A DNA stretch of 64,000 bases from the NCBI GenBank assembly GCA_902634765.1, contig CACPLH010000004.1:20081-84080 (forward strand), in the 5' to 3' direction. The number at the start of each line of letters is the position of its first letter. Position 1 is the stretch's first letter. This DNA comes from an uncultured Pelagibacteraceae bacterium (GTDB lineage: Bacteria > Pseudomonadota > Alphaproteobacteria > Pelagibacterales > AG-422-B15). The notes under the pieces were generated by a model that saw only the letters and a program-made list of their open reading frames with translations, was not told where the DNA came from and ran no database searches. Shown here piece by piece: positions 37,655-48,433 of this stretch. The position numbers were made by a program, and so were the translations under genes.

Positions 37655-38173
37655 CTACAAGTCTTTAGGTTTTATAAAGTTAATAAGTTCGCAGTTATTT
37701 TTTTTTGAATCGTACCAATTATCTGAATTTAATTTTAATATTGCAAGAGAACACGTTGGATACTTGAGTGAGACATCATTTTTAAATCTCATCTTCTTAG
37801 AATTTTCAGATAATTCTAATGTTAATTTTCTAATCGTAGGCTCATGATTTACAATTAGTAGATGATTAAACTTATTATCTGTGTTTATTATTTTTTCCCT
37901 AAGTAACTTTGAGTCACACAAATAGATAGTTTTATCAATAGAAATTAAAACGTTCGGGTATAGTTTTCTTTTAAAAATTAGTTCGTATGTACTTATTGTT
38001 CTTTGTGAAGAAGAAATATAAGCAATTTCTGGAATTATTTTGTTTTGTGAAATAAATGTTTCAATTTTATGACAAGCTTTGATTCCTCGTTCAGACAATG
38101 GTCTATCATGGTCTTTCAGTAATGGATTGGTCCAACTTGATTTAGCATGACGCAACAGGTATATATATTTCAT
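37655..38173 (-). CDS. sixA: SixA-type histidine phosphatase
   Basis: LLRHAKSSW, DHDRPL..RG, HEP; start at MKYIYLLRH preferred. Confidence 0.82.
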   Translation of the reverse strand: MKYIYLLRHAKSSWTNPLLKDHDRPLSERGIKACHKIETFISQNKIIPEIAYISSSQRTISTYELIFKRKLYPNVLISIDKTIYLCDSKLLREKIINTDNKFNHLLIVNHEPTIRKLTLELSENSKKMRFKNDVSLKYPTCSLAILKLNSDNWYDSKKNNCELINFIKPKDL

Positions 38174-38186
38174 TCTTAATAAGATC

Positions 38187-40328
38187 ATGAATATAAAAAA
38201 AGCGTCAAGAAAATTACCACAAAATAAATTCATTAATCGTGAATTGTCATGGTTACTTTTTAATAAGAGAGTTTTATTTGAAGCTAATAACGAAAAAAAT
38301 CCAGTATTGGAACGTTTGAGATTCTTATCTATCTCGGCAAGTAACTTAGATGAGTTCTATATGGTTCGAATTGCAAGTTTATTAGATCAGAAAACTGCAA
38401 ATCCTAATAAATTAAGTCCAGATGGCCTAAACGCAGATGGTCAGATGAAGAGTGCTTACAACTTATGTTTATCTATTTTTAAGGAGCAAGAGAAAATCAC
38501 CAATATTTTACTATCTAATCTTGAAAAAGAAAAAATAATATTCTCATCTCCCTGGAAATTAAATTCTATCAATAAGAAAAAACTTAAAAAGATCTTCTTA
38601 GAAAATATTCTACCTCTACTAACTCCAATATCGATAGATCCTGTGCATCCATTTCCATTTATCCCAAATGAATGTACTTGCCTGCACATGACATTACAGC
38701 TGTTAAAATCAAAAAAACAAATGAGTTCAGTTATTATTTTGCCCAAAAGTGTAGATCGTTTTGTTAAATTTAAAATTAGATCAAAAACATATATTCTACT
38801 AATTGAGGATGTTATTAAGTTCTTTTATAAAAATCTTTTTTCTGATTACAGACTTATAGATTTTTCTTCATTTAGAATAATACGTGACAGTGATATCGAT
38901 TATGATGATGATTTAGAGGATGTAGTTGCATATTTTAAAGAAGCTTTTAACAAAAGAAAAAGAGGAGAAGTTGTTCGACTTGAATTATTAAAATCAATTT
39001 CTCCTAAACATTTTAATTTTATTAAAAAAAATATCCCCTTGAATGATGCACACATAATATATTTCAAGAAAATATTAGGTATTCAAAGCTTCTCTGAAAT
39101 TGTTGATTTAGATTTCAGTAAACTCAAATTTAAAAAATTTAATTCACGACCTGTTGAACGACTAAGACAATTTAATAATAATTGTTTTGAAGCTGTAAGA
39201 TCTAAGGATTTTGTTGTTCATCATCCATATGAAACATTTGATGTTGTTGTTGATTTTCTAAATCAAGCTGCGAATGACACAAAGGTTGTCGCTATAAAGC
39301 AAACGATATATCGAACGACTATGGATAGCCCTATCATTAAAGCTTTAATAAAAGCTGCAGAAAAAGGCAAAAGTGTAACTGCAGTGGTTGAGATCAAGGC
39401 ACGATTCGATGAAGAAGCGAATCTAGCCTTTGCATCTCAGATGGAAAAGTCAGGTGTTCAAATTGTATATGGATTCGCAAACTTAAAGACACATTCCAAA
39501 GCAAGTCTTATTATTAGAAAAGAATTTGGCAAACTAAGATCATATGCTCACGTAGGTACCGGTAATTACCACCCTATAAATGCAAAAATTTATGAGGATT
39601 TATCTTTATTTACAGCAAATGAAAAGATCTGCAGGGATATAGAGAAAGTGTTTAATTATGTTACTGGTTATGCCAAACCAGATTCTCTAAATTATTTAAT
39701 TTTATCTCCAATAAATTTAAGAAGTCACCTTAATAACTTAATTGATCGTGAAATTAAGGCAGCAAAAAAAGGTAAACCTGCAAGCATGTGGATGAAAATG
39801 AACTCACTTGTTGATCCACAAATGATCTATAAATTATACGAAGCTTCAAATGCCGGGGTATCAATTAAATTGTTTATAAGGGGGATATGTTGCTTAATAC
39901 CTGGGACTCCTAATTTATCTGAGAATATTGTGGTTAGAAGTATTGTCGGTCGGTACCTTGAACATGCGAGAATCTTCTGTTTTGCTAACGAATCGAATAT
40001 ACCTAGTCGTAATAATATTGTTTATATCGGATCCGCTGATCTTATGCCTCGAAATCTTGACAGAAGAGTCGAAACATTGACTCCAATTATTAATCAAACT
40101 GTTCATGAGCAAATTCTATCTCAAATTATGGTTGCAAATTATCTTGATAATCAGCATTCATGGGTAATGAATAGTGATGGTTCTTATGCAAAAATTTCAT
40201 GCAATAAAAAATCGAGAGTTTTTAGTGCACATGATTACTTTATGATGAATCCAAGCCTTTCAGGGAGAGGTAAAATTAAGGGTGCAAAAAAACCAAAAAA
40301 GCTCTTGGCATTATTAGATAATGTATAA
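38187..40328 (+). CDS. ppk: Polyphosphate kinase 1
   Basis: NRELSWL.FN.RV, NLDEFYMVR, HHPYE, KARFDEE, KTHSK, GRYLEH, RNLDRRVE. Confidence 0.95.
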   Translation: MNIKKASRKLPQNKFINRELSWLLFNKRVLFEANNEKNPVLERLRFLSISASNLDEFYMVRIASLLDQKTANPNKLSPDGLNADGQMKSAYNLCLSIFKEQEKITNILLSNLEKEKIIFSSPWKLNSINKKKLKKIFLENILPLLTPISIDPVHPFPFIPNECTCLHMTLQLLKSKKQMSSVIILPKSVDRFVKFKIRSKTYILLIEDVIKFFYKNLFSDYRLIDFSSFRIIRDSDIDYDDDLEDVVAYFKEAFNKRKRGEVVRLELLKSISPKHFNFIKKNIPLNDAHIIYFKKILGIQSFSEIVDLDFSKLKFKKFNSRPVERLRQFNNNCFEAVRSKDFVVHHPYETFDVVVDFLNQAANDTKVVAIKQTIYRTTMDSPIIKALIKAAEKGKSVTAVVEIKARFDEEANLAFASQMEKSGVQIVYGFANLKTHSKASLIIRKEFGKLRSYAHVGTGNYHPINAKIYEDLSLFTANEKICRDIEKVFNYVTGYAKPDSLNYLILSPINLRSHLNNLIDREIKAAKKGKPASMWMKMNSLVDPQMIYKLYEASNAGVSIKLFIRGICCLIPGTPNLSENIVVRSIVGRYLEHARIFCFANESNIPSRNNIVYIGSADLMPRNLDRRVETLTPIINQTVHEQILSQIMVANYLDNQHSWVMNSDGSYAKISCNKKSRVFSAHDYFMMNPSLSGRGKIKGAKKPKKLLALLDNV

Positions 40329-41817
40329 CCTTTCTATTCCAAAGAAAAAATTATTTGAAAAAGACACTCGTGTAGGCATTGTTGACATTGGCTCTGATAC
40401 AATTCGTTTTCAAATTTTTGAAAATTTTAAAAATAATCAAATTCCTATTTTCAATAAAAAGATATCATGTGGCCTTGGAAAAGACCTAGCTTCGACTAAT
40501 GAATTAAATAAAAACTCAATCAAAAAAGCAATCAATGCTCTTAAATATATTTCTGACATTTTAAAAGCCTCTGCTATTAATAATGTTCATGTCATTGCAA
40601 CAGAAGCTGTTCGAGTTGCTAATAATAGTTCTGTTTTTAAACTAAAGGCTGAAAGTATATTAAATACTAGGTTAAACGTCTTAAGTGGAAAAGATGAGGC
40701 CAAATACTCTGGGCTAGGCGCTATAGTTGGGATTAAAAAATCTAAAGGCATCGTAGCTGATCTTGGTGGAGGAAGCTTAGAACTTGCTGAAGTTAAAAAA
40801 AAACGAATTTTAAACACGACTTCAATGTCTTTTGGTGTTCACAGGGCAATAAGTAAAAATAAAAATATTTATAGAGATTTTGATAAAGAATTAGAATCAA
40901 TCGATTGGTTTTCAGAGAACAATTTCAAAAGACTTATATTAACAGGGGGAACATGGAGATCTCTAATTAAGATTTATTTTGTTAAATATGATTATCCATT
41001 GAATGTCATTCATCATTTTAAGCCAAACTTTAAATTATTTATAGAGATGCTGGAGGAAGTATCTGGCTATAAACAAAAGGAACTTAAGCAGATTTCATAT
41101 ATTACTAAGGATAAAACTCCCTATATTAAATATGCTTCTCGTGTTGCTTTAAAAATTATTCAAAAAAGCAAATCTAGAGAAATCGTGATATCATACACTG
41201 CTTTAAGAGAAGGATATTTATCAAATATATATAATATAAATAATAAATTTGATCCGCTAATCCATGAGTCAAATAAGTTATCAAAGTTACATAATGATCT
41301 TGAATTTAACTATATTAATCATGCAGCAGTTTATGATTTCTGCTTTTCATTTTTTAAAAATCATCCTTATGTTTCTCGCAGACTGCTAAAATCTTCAATT
41401 AACTTAACTTCGATTGGGGCCAGTATAGATAAAGATGAAAAAGCGCAATTTGCATTTAATCAGATATTAAAAATGGAATTACTTAAATTTAGTCATTCAG
41501 ATAGAATAAAACTTGCAACTGCTATTTATTTTTTTCACGATAATTATAAGCGGGATGGAATAAAAAAATATAAACATCTAATTAATAAAAACTCTTTTTA
41601 TTCAATGATTGCTTTAGGTATATTCAACAAAATCTCAATTGATATTGGGATTTTAACAAATTTTAATTATCAGAACTTTGAAATATATATAAAAGATCAT
41701 AATATCATATTTAAAATTCCAAAACTGTACTCAGATCTGTTAAAGTCAAAAACAAAGAAATCATTCGATACTTTGTCTAAAGTTTTAAAAATGCAGCAGA
41801 AAATAGTTTTAATTTAA
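40321..41817 (+). CDS. ppx: Exopolyphosphatase Ppx/GppA
   Basis: DIGSD, ATEAVR, GKDEA, DLGGGSLE, LREG; follows ppk. Confidence 0.85.
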   Translation: MYNLSIPKKKLFEKDTRVGIVDIGSDTIRFQIFENFKNNQIPIFNKKISCGLGKDLASTNELNKNSIKKAINALKYISDILKASAINNVHVIATEAVRVANNSSVFKLKAESILNTRLNVLSGKDEAKYSGLGAIVGIKKSKGIVADLGGGSLELAEVKKKRILNTTSMSFGVHRAISKNKNIYRDFDKELESIDWFSENNFKRLILTGGTWRSLIKIYFVKYDYPLNVIHHFKPNFKLFIEMLEEVSGYKQKELKQISYITKDKTPYIKYASRVALKIIQKSKSREIVISYTALREGYLSNIYNINNKFDPLIHESNKLSKLHNDLEFNYINHAAVYDFCFSFFKNHPYVSRRLLKSSINLTSIGASIDKDEKAQFAFNQILKMELLKFSHSDRIKLATAIYFFHDNYKRDGIKKYKHLINKNSFYSMIALGIFNKISIDIGILTNFNYQNFEIYIKDHNIIFKIPKLYSDLLKSKTKKSFDTLSKVLKMQQKIVLI

Positions 41818-41820
41818 TTA

Positions 41821-42897
41821 ATGGATCTAGATCAACAACTTAATTTATTTTTCAATTTCATTGACGATTCAATAATAGTAATTGACCAATCCCAAAAAAT
41901 TAAATTTCAAAATAAACAATCAATAGCTTTATTTAAAAGTGATTTTACAAATCAGCATATTACAAATCTTATAAGAGCTCCTCAATTTTTAGATACACTT
42001 GAAAAATCAATTAATGAAAAAATTCCATATACTTTGGAGTTATTAATAGATCCTGCTAGTCAAGATATTTCTCAAACTAATATTTTCTTAAGTGTTTCGA
42101 TATATCCAAGTAATGATATGTATCTAATTGTTATGAAAAATATAACTGATGTAAAAAATTTAGAGATTGTTCGCTCTTCATTTATTGCAAATGTTAGCCA
42201 TGAGATGAGAACACCTCTCGCTTCAATTATTGGTTTCCTTGAAACTATTTCTTCGTCTGCAAAAGATGACATTGAGGCAACTAAAAAATTTTTGTCAATT
42301 ATTGAAAAAGAAGCACTCAGAATGAAGCGGTTATTGGATGATCTTTTAATAATTACTAAAATTGAGTCTGACGAGCACGTTCACCCAACTAAAAAAGTTG
42401 ATCTACTGCACGCCCTTAAAATAGTTGAGGATAACTTTGAACAATCACTCAAAAAAAACAATATCTCTATTGAAAAAGTCTATGATGACGAAAATCTTTA
42501 TGTTTTAGGGAATCAGGATGAATTAATTCAAGTTTTCTCTAATATTATTGAAAACTCGATCAAGTATGCAAATGAAAATTCAAAAATTAGAATTAAATTG
42601 AGAATACTTGAAGATAAAAATAATGAGAATTCAGTAAATAGACTTTTTCAATACAACTATGCAATTATCGAACTTATAGATGAAAGCGAGGGAATACCTA
42701 AAAAACATTTACATCGGTTAACAGAACGATTCTATAGAGTTGATGAAGCGCGATCGAAAGCTAAAGGTGGAACTGGACTTGGTTTAACAATAGTGAAACA
42801 TATTTTAAACAAGCATCGTGGGAGTCTCAATATTGAAAGTGAAATTAACAAAGGTAGCATATTCACAATTAAAATACCTGTAGCACCAATTACATAA
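41821..42897 (+). CDS. phoR: Phosphate regulon sensor histidine kinase (PAS-HisKA-HATPase, no TM)
   Basis: FIANVSHEMRTPL, NSIKY, RLTERFYRVD..RS...GGTGLGL.IVKH. Confidence 0.85.
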   Translation: MDLDQQLNLFFNFIDDSIIVIDQSQKIKFQNKQSIALFKSDFTNQHITNLIRAPQFLDTLEKSINEKIPYTLELLIDPASQDISQTNIFLSVSIYPSNDMYLIVMKNITDVKNLEIVRSSFIANVSHEMRTPLASIIGFLETISSSAKDDIEATKKFLSIIEKEALRMKRLLDDLLIITKIESDEHVHPTKKVDLLHALKIVEDNFEQSLKKNNISIEKVYDDENLYVLGNQDELIQVFSNIIENSIKYANENSKIRIKLRILEDKNNENSVNRLFQYNYAIIELIDESEGIPKKHLHRLTERFYRVDEARSKAKGGTGLGLTIVKHILNKHRGSLNIESEINKGSIFTIKIPVAPIT

Positions 42898-43024
42898 ATA
42901 AGGTAATTAGCCATTTTTTATTTGATTTTGTAATTTTCAAATAATTTTTTTAATGAAATAATTGTTTAATATTTATTGAGTATAGTTCTATTTTATAAAT
43001 AGAAATTATTTTTTTATTTTACAA

Positions 43025-43759
43025 ATGATGAATAACTTTGTTTTATTTGGTGCTACACATATTCAAACCTTATTGGTCATTTTTATAATCTCAATTATTA
43101 TTCCATTAATTACTTATGTGGCAAATAATGAAAATATTAATAAAAATATATCATTAGTTCTAGCTATCATTATGATCAGCCACGAACTTATAAAACCATT
43201 TTATAGAATTTATTTATACGGACATGACCCTTCAGTTGTACTTCCAATTCATATTTGTCATTTAGCTTCGATTTCCCTTGGAATATTTCTATTAACTAGG
43301 ATAAATGTTTTTTTTGAGATTGGTTATTTTTGGGGTTTAACAGGGAACTTTTTAGCAATGGTGACGCCTGATCTGGAATACAGTTACCCAGATATGGAAT
43401 ATATTACTTATTATTTTGGGCACGGCTTACTATTTCTATCTATTATTTTTACTTCATTTTGTATTAGTACAAAATTGAGATGGATATCTATTCTAAGAAT
43501 ATCAATTATCTCACTATTATTGTTGCCTATAATTTATTTAGTAAATATTTTTTTAGGAAAAAATAATTTAGATATAAACTATTGGTATTTAATGAAAATG
43601 CCAGAAGGTGAAACATTATTATCCCTATTTCCATCTCCACCAATGCATATTCCATATTTAATTATTTTTGCTGTATTACTTTTTATAATTTCTTTTTTGC
43701 CATATTATATTTTTAAAAAATTGGGAAAAAGGGGATATTCAAGCCATTATAAGTTCTGA
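43025..43759 (+). CDS. TMEM164/YwaF-family membrane protein
   Basis: F..FG..H start, LPIHICH, Y.WG..G, TPD, YYFGHG, NYWYL..P. Confidence 0.75.
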   Translation: MMNNFVLFGATHIQTLLVIFIISIIIPLITYVANNENINKNISLVLAIIMISHELIKPFYRIYLYGHDPSVVLPIHICHLASISLGIFLLTRINVFFEIGYFWGLTGNFLAMVTPDLEYSYPDMEYITYYFGHGLLFLSIIFTSFCISTKLRWISILRISIISLLLLPIIYLVNIFLGKNNLDINYWYLMKMPEGETLLSLFPSPPMHIPYLIIFAVLLFIISFLPYYIFKKLGKRGYSSHYKF

Positions 43760-43792
43760 TTGTCATAAAATTGTAATATTTCTGTTATAAAT
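43760..43792 (+). promoter_or_regulatory. Pho box (three half-sites) upstream of pstS
   Basis: TTGTCAT-AAAA-TTGTAAT-ATTT-CTGTTAT-AAAT, 11-bp period matching the CTGTCAT consensus. Confidence 0.8.
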
Positions 43793-43847
43793 TATTAACA
43801 TCACAAATGTATTTTGAAGACGTTTTAATTTTAACTAGGAGAAACTA

Positions 43848-44903
43848 ATGAGATTAATTAAAGTTTTAATTCTCACAGCTTTTGTATCATCAATTTTTTC
43901 AGTAAATTCTTTCGCTAGAGATACCATTAAAATTGTTGGTTCATCAACTGTATACCCATACGCAACAGTTGTTGCTGAGCGTTTTGGTAAATCAGGCTTT
44001 AACACGCCTGTAATCGAAAGTACTGGAACTGGTGGAGGAATGAAATTATTCTGCGCTGGCGTTGGTACTGATCATCCTGATGTTACGAATGCTTCTCGTA
44101 AAATCAAAAGCAAAGAAATTGAATTATGCAAAAGTAATGGCGTTACAGACATCATTGAAATCGTAATTGGAAATGATGGATTAACTCTTGCTCATAGTTT
44201 AGATGCAAATGATGCAGACTTTACGCAAGAACAATTATACCTTGCTATTGCTGCTATGGTACCAACGGGATCTGCTAAGGACGGTGATGGAAATTGGATT
44301 AATGGTAAATTAATTGAAAATCCATATGAAAAATGGAGTGACATTGACTCATCTCTTCCTGATCATAAGATCGAAATTTTAGTAGCACCACCAACATCTG
44401 GCACACGTGACGCTTGGAATTCGCTTATTATGAAAAAAGGCTGTAAAGCCGCAGGCGCCTATAAGTTATGGGAAGAAGCAGGAGAAAAAGCTAAAAAGAA
44501 ATGTGCCGTTGTAAGAGAAGACGGTAGAGTTATTGAAGCTGGTGAAAATGATACTTTAATTGTTCAGAAACTAGCTGAAGATCCAGAAAGATTTGGATAC
44601 TTTGGTTACAGTTATCTGCTAGCAAATGAAGACAAGATTAAATCAGCTGCAATAACTGGAATCCTTCCAACACTTGCAGGAATACAAGATTACTCTTATC
44701 CAATTGCTAGACCTCTACAATTTTATGTAAAAAAAGCTCATATTGGAGTTGTTCCAGGAATTGAAGAGTTCTTAGCTGCTTTCACAAGTGAAAATGCAAT
44801 GGGAGAAGACGGATATTTAACTGATATTGGTCTTGTTGCTTTATCTGATGGTGATGCATCAGATATACGAACTCGTGTTGCTAACTTGGAAGTAATACAA
44901 TAG
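43848..44903 (+). CDS. pstS: Phosphate ABC transporter substrate-binding protein
   Basis: IVGSSTVYP, ESTGTGGG.KLFC, NASR, PPTSGTRD, YPIARPL. Confidence 0.93.
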   Translation: MRLIKVLILTAFVSSIFSVNSFARDTIKIVGSSTVYPYATVVAERFGKSGFNTPVIESTGTGGGMKLFCAGVGTDHPDVTNASRKIKSKEIELCKSNGVTDIIEIVIGNDGLTLAHSLDANDADFTQEQLYLAIAAMVPTGSAKDGDGNWINGKLIENPYEKWSDIDSSLPDHKIEILVAPPTSGTRDAWNSLIMKKGCKAAGAYKLWEEAGEKAKKKCAVVREDGRVIEAGENDTLIVQKLAEDPERFGYFGYSYLLANEDKIKSAAITGILPTLAGIQDYSYPIARPLQFYVKKAHIGVVPGIEEFLAAFTSENAMGEDGYLTDIGLVALSDGDASDIRTRVANLEVIQ

Positions 44904-44964
44904 TTAATTAATAATTAATTTTATTAATTAATCCTTGTCAAGGTGGGTCAGATGCCCACCTTGA
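44904..44964 (+). terminator. Two hairpins after pstS (mRNA stabiliser/attenuator)
   Basis: TTAATTAATAA/TTATTAATTAA (44904-44931) and TCAAGGTGGG/CCCACCTTGA (44938-44964). Confidence 0.6.
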
Positions 44965-44993
44965 TAAACAGTTTTTGGAGATAATGTTTTTTT

Positions 44994-46388
44994 ATGGGCC
45001 TTTTTTTAATTTTATTGATATTAACAATTGGCGCATTTGGATTTTTTATTGGTCGACTAAAAGCAATTAAATTAAGATCAGCTTCACAAAAAAAAATTAC
45101 TTCTTTAAATCATTATTATGGATATTACATAGCTATATTTGCTATTGTCCCTTCTTTATTGGTTTTTTTGGCTATCACGGCATTCCAAGGTTATATAGTT
45201 GAAGTTTATGTCTTAAGTGACTTCATAGATCTTAATTCTAATCTTCTAGCATCGGATAAAAACTTATTACTGGCTCAAATTATCAATACTTCAAAAGGAA
45301 TTAAGCTTTTTGATGAAATAAGTCCTTTAGTAGCAGATGCAGTTGATAAATATATCTATATTGAAGAATTAATTGACACTTTGACCTATGTTATCGTGTT
45401 ATCTGTTGCAGGTTTACTCTCATTAGTTGCTTACGTAAAAATAAAATCAAACTTAGATTCAAGAAAATTTGTTGAGTCTTTTTTATTAATCCTATTTTTT
45501 ATATGTTCGTTAGTAGCAATCATGACAACTGTAGGGATTATATTTTCATTACTTTATGAAACTTTAAAATTCTTTTCACAAGTTCCAATTACCGACTTCT
45601 TATTTGGTCTTAACTGGTCTCCTCAAAGAGTGTTTGTTAGAGATAGTGGAGATCTTGATACAAGAGATTTACAAAATGCATTTGGAGCAATACCATTATT
45701 TGCAGGAACATTTTTAATTGCGTTTATTGCCATGTGTGTTGCAATCCCAGTTGGCCTTATGACAGCAATATATCTTGCTGAATATGCTTCACCAAACTTG
45801 AGAGATTGGGCTAAGCCTATTATAGAAATTCTTGCAGGGATACCAACTGTTGTTTATGGTTTTTTTGCAGCTTTGACTGTTGCTCCTATAGTTCGTGATC
45901 TTGGTCAAAATGCTGGATTCACTGTTTCTTCAGAAAGTGCTTTAGCCGCGGGATTTGTAATGGGTATCATGATAATACCATTTGTCTGCTCATTATCAGA
46001 TGATGTTATTAATTCTGTTCCTCAGAGCTTAAGAGAAGGTTCTTATGCTATGGGAGCAACTAAAAGTGAGACTATACGAAAAGTTTTATTGCCCGCTGCG
46101 TTGCCTGGAATTGTCGGTTCTTTCCTATTAGCGGTATCAAGAGCAATTGGAGAGACCATGATAGTTGTAATGGCAGCAGGACTAGCAGCTAAATTAACAG
46201 CCAATCCATTTGATGCAGCTACAACAATTACAACTCAAATTGTTGTTATATTAATTGGTGACCAAGAATTTGATAGTCCTAAAACTCAAGCTGCTTTTGC
46301 CCTAGGATTAACATTATTTATTGTAACACTACTTCTCAATTTCATTGCTCTTCAAGTAGTCAAAAAATATACAGAAAGATATGATTGA
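44994..46388 (+). CDS. pstC: Phosphate ABC permease PstC
   Basis: EILAGIPTVVYG, SRAIGETMIV. Confidence 0.93.
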   Translation: MGLFLILLILTIGAFGFFIGRLKAIKLRSASQKKITSLNHYYGYYIAIFAIVPSLLVFLAITAFQGYIVEVYVLSDFIDLNSNLLASDKNLLLAQIINTSKGIKLFDEISPLVADAVDKYIYIEELIDTLTYVIVLSVAGLLSLVAYVKIKSNLDSRKFVESFLLILFFICSLVAIMTTVGIIFSLLYETLKFFSQVPITDFLFGLNWSPQRVFVRDSGDLDTRDLQNAFGAIPLFAGTFLIAFIAMCVAIPVGLMTAIYLAEYASPNLRDWAKPIIEILAGIPTVVYGFFAALTVAPIVRDLGQNAGFTVSSESALAAGFVMGIMIIPFVCSLSDDVINSVPQSLREGSYAMGATKSETIRKVLLPAALPGIVGSFLLAVSRAIGETMIVVMAAGLAAKLTANPFDAATTITTQIVVILIGDQEFDSPKTQAAFALGLTLFIVTLLLNFIALQVVKKYTERYD

Positions 46389-46390
46389 TT

Positions 46391-47662
46391 ATGTTTGATG
46401 CTAGTGCAAATTTAAAGAAACGACTGAAATCAGAACGCCGGTTTCAGATATTTTGCATTACCGCTATTTCATTTGCATTGATTTTTGTATTAATTTTATT
46501 CTTAAATATTTTTTCATCTGGTTATTCCGCTTTTTATAAAACGACAATAGCTATTGATGTAGATTATTCACAAGTCATAGAAGACACTTCGCAATTTTCC
46601 ACCATGTCAGATGATGAGATTAATAAGTTGGATCTATTTAGATTCTCAAAAAAATCAATTTACAGTCTGTTCCCAGACATTGAAGATAGAAAAGAGAAGA
46701 AGTTATTAATAAGAATATTCAGTATTGAATATGAAGATGAAATCAAAAAATTCTTAATAAAGAATAAGGAAAATATAAAAAAAATTGAAACTGTTTATCT
46801 GACCGCATCAGACGATGTTGATCAAGTTAGAAAAGGTAATTATCCTCGTGATTTACCAGAAGAGCGAAGAAGAATAAAAGATATACAATTAGAATATTAT
46901 GATATTTTAGAAAATAATGGCCGTGTTAAATATGTGTTTAACATTCCTTTTTTAACCAGAGGAGACTCAAGAGAACCTGAATTAGCTGGCGTTGGTGGAT
47001 CAATAGTAGGATCATTTTTAACAATTATCACAGTTTTAATCTTATCTTTTCCAATTGGAATATTAGCAGCAGTCTATTTACAAGAATTTGCTAAAAGTAA
47101 TCGTTTTACAGATTTTATCGAAATTAATATTAATAATTTAGCAGCTGTGCCTTCGATTGTATTTGGATTATTGGGTCTAGGCATAATTTTAAATGTATTT
47201 GGCCTACCAAGATCTTCGCCATTAGTCGGTGGAATTGTTTTATCACTCATGACATTGCCAACAATAATTATTGCAACAAGGGCATCACTAAGAGCAGTTC
47301 CTCCTTCAATACGTGAAGGTGCATTAGCTGTAGGAGCTACCAAAATGCAGGCGGTTATGCATCATGTAGTTCCACTAGCAATGCCTGGTGCTTTAACAGG
47401 AACAATAATCGGACTTGCTCAGGCTTTGGGCGAAACAGCTCCTCTTTTGTTAATTGGAATGGTTGCATTTGTAGTTGATGTTCCTTCCAGTCCATTAGAT
47501 GCATCAGCTTCATTACCTGTTCAAGTCTATTTATGGGCTGAAAGCGCTGAAAGAGGCTACGTTGAAAAGACATCAGCAACTATTATGTTGCTTCTTGGTT
47601 TCTTGATATTATTAAATCTAGCTGCGGTCCTTATTCGTCGAAAATTTGAAACAAAATGGTAA
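46391..47662 (+). CDS. pstA: Phosphate ABC permease PstA
   Basis: NLAAVPSIVFGLLG, AQALGETAPL; ATG at 46391 preferred. Confidence 0.93.
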   Translation: MFDASANLKKRLKSERRFQIFCITAISFALIFVLILFLNIFSSGYSAFYKTTIAIDVDYSQVIEDTSQFSTMSDDEINKLDLFRFSKKSIYSLFPDIEDRKEKKLLIRIFSIEYEDEIKKFLIKNKENIKKIETVYLTASDDVDQVRKGNYPRDLPEERRRIKDIQLEYYDILENNGRVKYVFNIPFLTRGDSREPELAGVGGSIVGSFLTIITVLILSFPIGILAAVYLQEFAKSNRFTDFIEININNLAAVPSIVFGLLGLGIILNVFGLPRSSPLVGGIVLSLMTLPTIIIATRASLRAVPPSIREGALAVGATKMQAVMHHVVPLAMPGALTGTIIGLAQALGETAPLLLIGMVAFVVDVPSSPLDASASLPVQVYLWAESAERGYVEKTSATIMLLLGFLILLNLAAVLIRRKFETKW

Positions 47663-47671
47663 TATAAGAAT

Positions 47672-48433
47672 ATGAATAAAGTAAAAATTAGTGCAAAAAA
47701 TATAGACGTTTTCTATGGTGATAAACAAGCTCTTTTTGATGTCTCAATGGATATGTATGAGAAAGAAGTTACAGCATTAATTGGACCTTCTGGCTGTGGT
47801 AAATCCACATTCCTTAGATGTATCAATAGAATGAATGATGTCATTGATATTTGTTCAGTGAAAGGTAATGTTTCTATTGATGGACATGATATATATGACA
47901 AATCTATCAGAGTAGAAAGTTTAAGAGAAAATGTTGGAATGGTATTTCAAAAACCAAACCCATTTCCAAAGTCTATTTATGAAAATATTGCATATGGACC
48001 AAGAATTCATGGAATGGCAAATTCCAAAACAGATCTAGATGAAATAGTAGAAACTAGTTTACAAAAAGCAGCTTTATATGATGAAGTAAAAGATCGATTG
48101 CATCAACCAGGCACTGGATTATCAGGAGGTCAACAACAAAGACTGTGTATCGCAAGAGCTATCTCTGTTAATCCTGAAATTATTCTAATGGATGAACCGT
48201 GTTCTGCCCTTGATCCAATTGCAACTGCAAAAATTGAAGATTTAATGTCTGAATTAAAAAAAGAATTTACAATTATTATCGTTACACATTCTATGCAACA
48301 AGCCGCTCGAGTTTCAACAAATACAGGGTTTTTTCATCTAGGAAAACTAATTGAAGTAGATTCAACTGATACTATTTTCTCAAACCCAGGAAATCAAAAA
48401 ACACAAGATTACATAACAGGAAGGTTTGGATGA
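47672..48433 (+). CDS. pstB: Phosphate ABC ATPase PstB
   Basis: [41 protein letters not shown]. Confidence 0.96.
   Translation: MNKVKISAKNIDVFYGDKQALFDVSMDMYEKEVTALIGPSGCGKSTFLRCINRMNDVIDICSVKGNVSIDGHDIYDKSIRVESLRENVGMVFQKPNPFPKSIYENIAYGPRIHGMANSKTDLDEIVETSLQKAALYDEVKDRLHQPGTGLSGGQQQRLCIARAISVNPEIILMDEPCSALDPIATAKIEDLMSELKKEFTIIIVTHSMQQAARVSTNTGFFHLGKLIEVDSTDTIFSNPGNQKTQDYITGRFG

Noticed and set aside
40321..41817. ppx pseudogene (DIGSD instead of DIGSN, divergent C-terminus)
   Set aside because: The frame is intact and full length, with the catalytic Glu and DLGGGS retained
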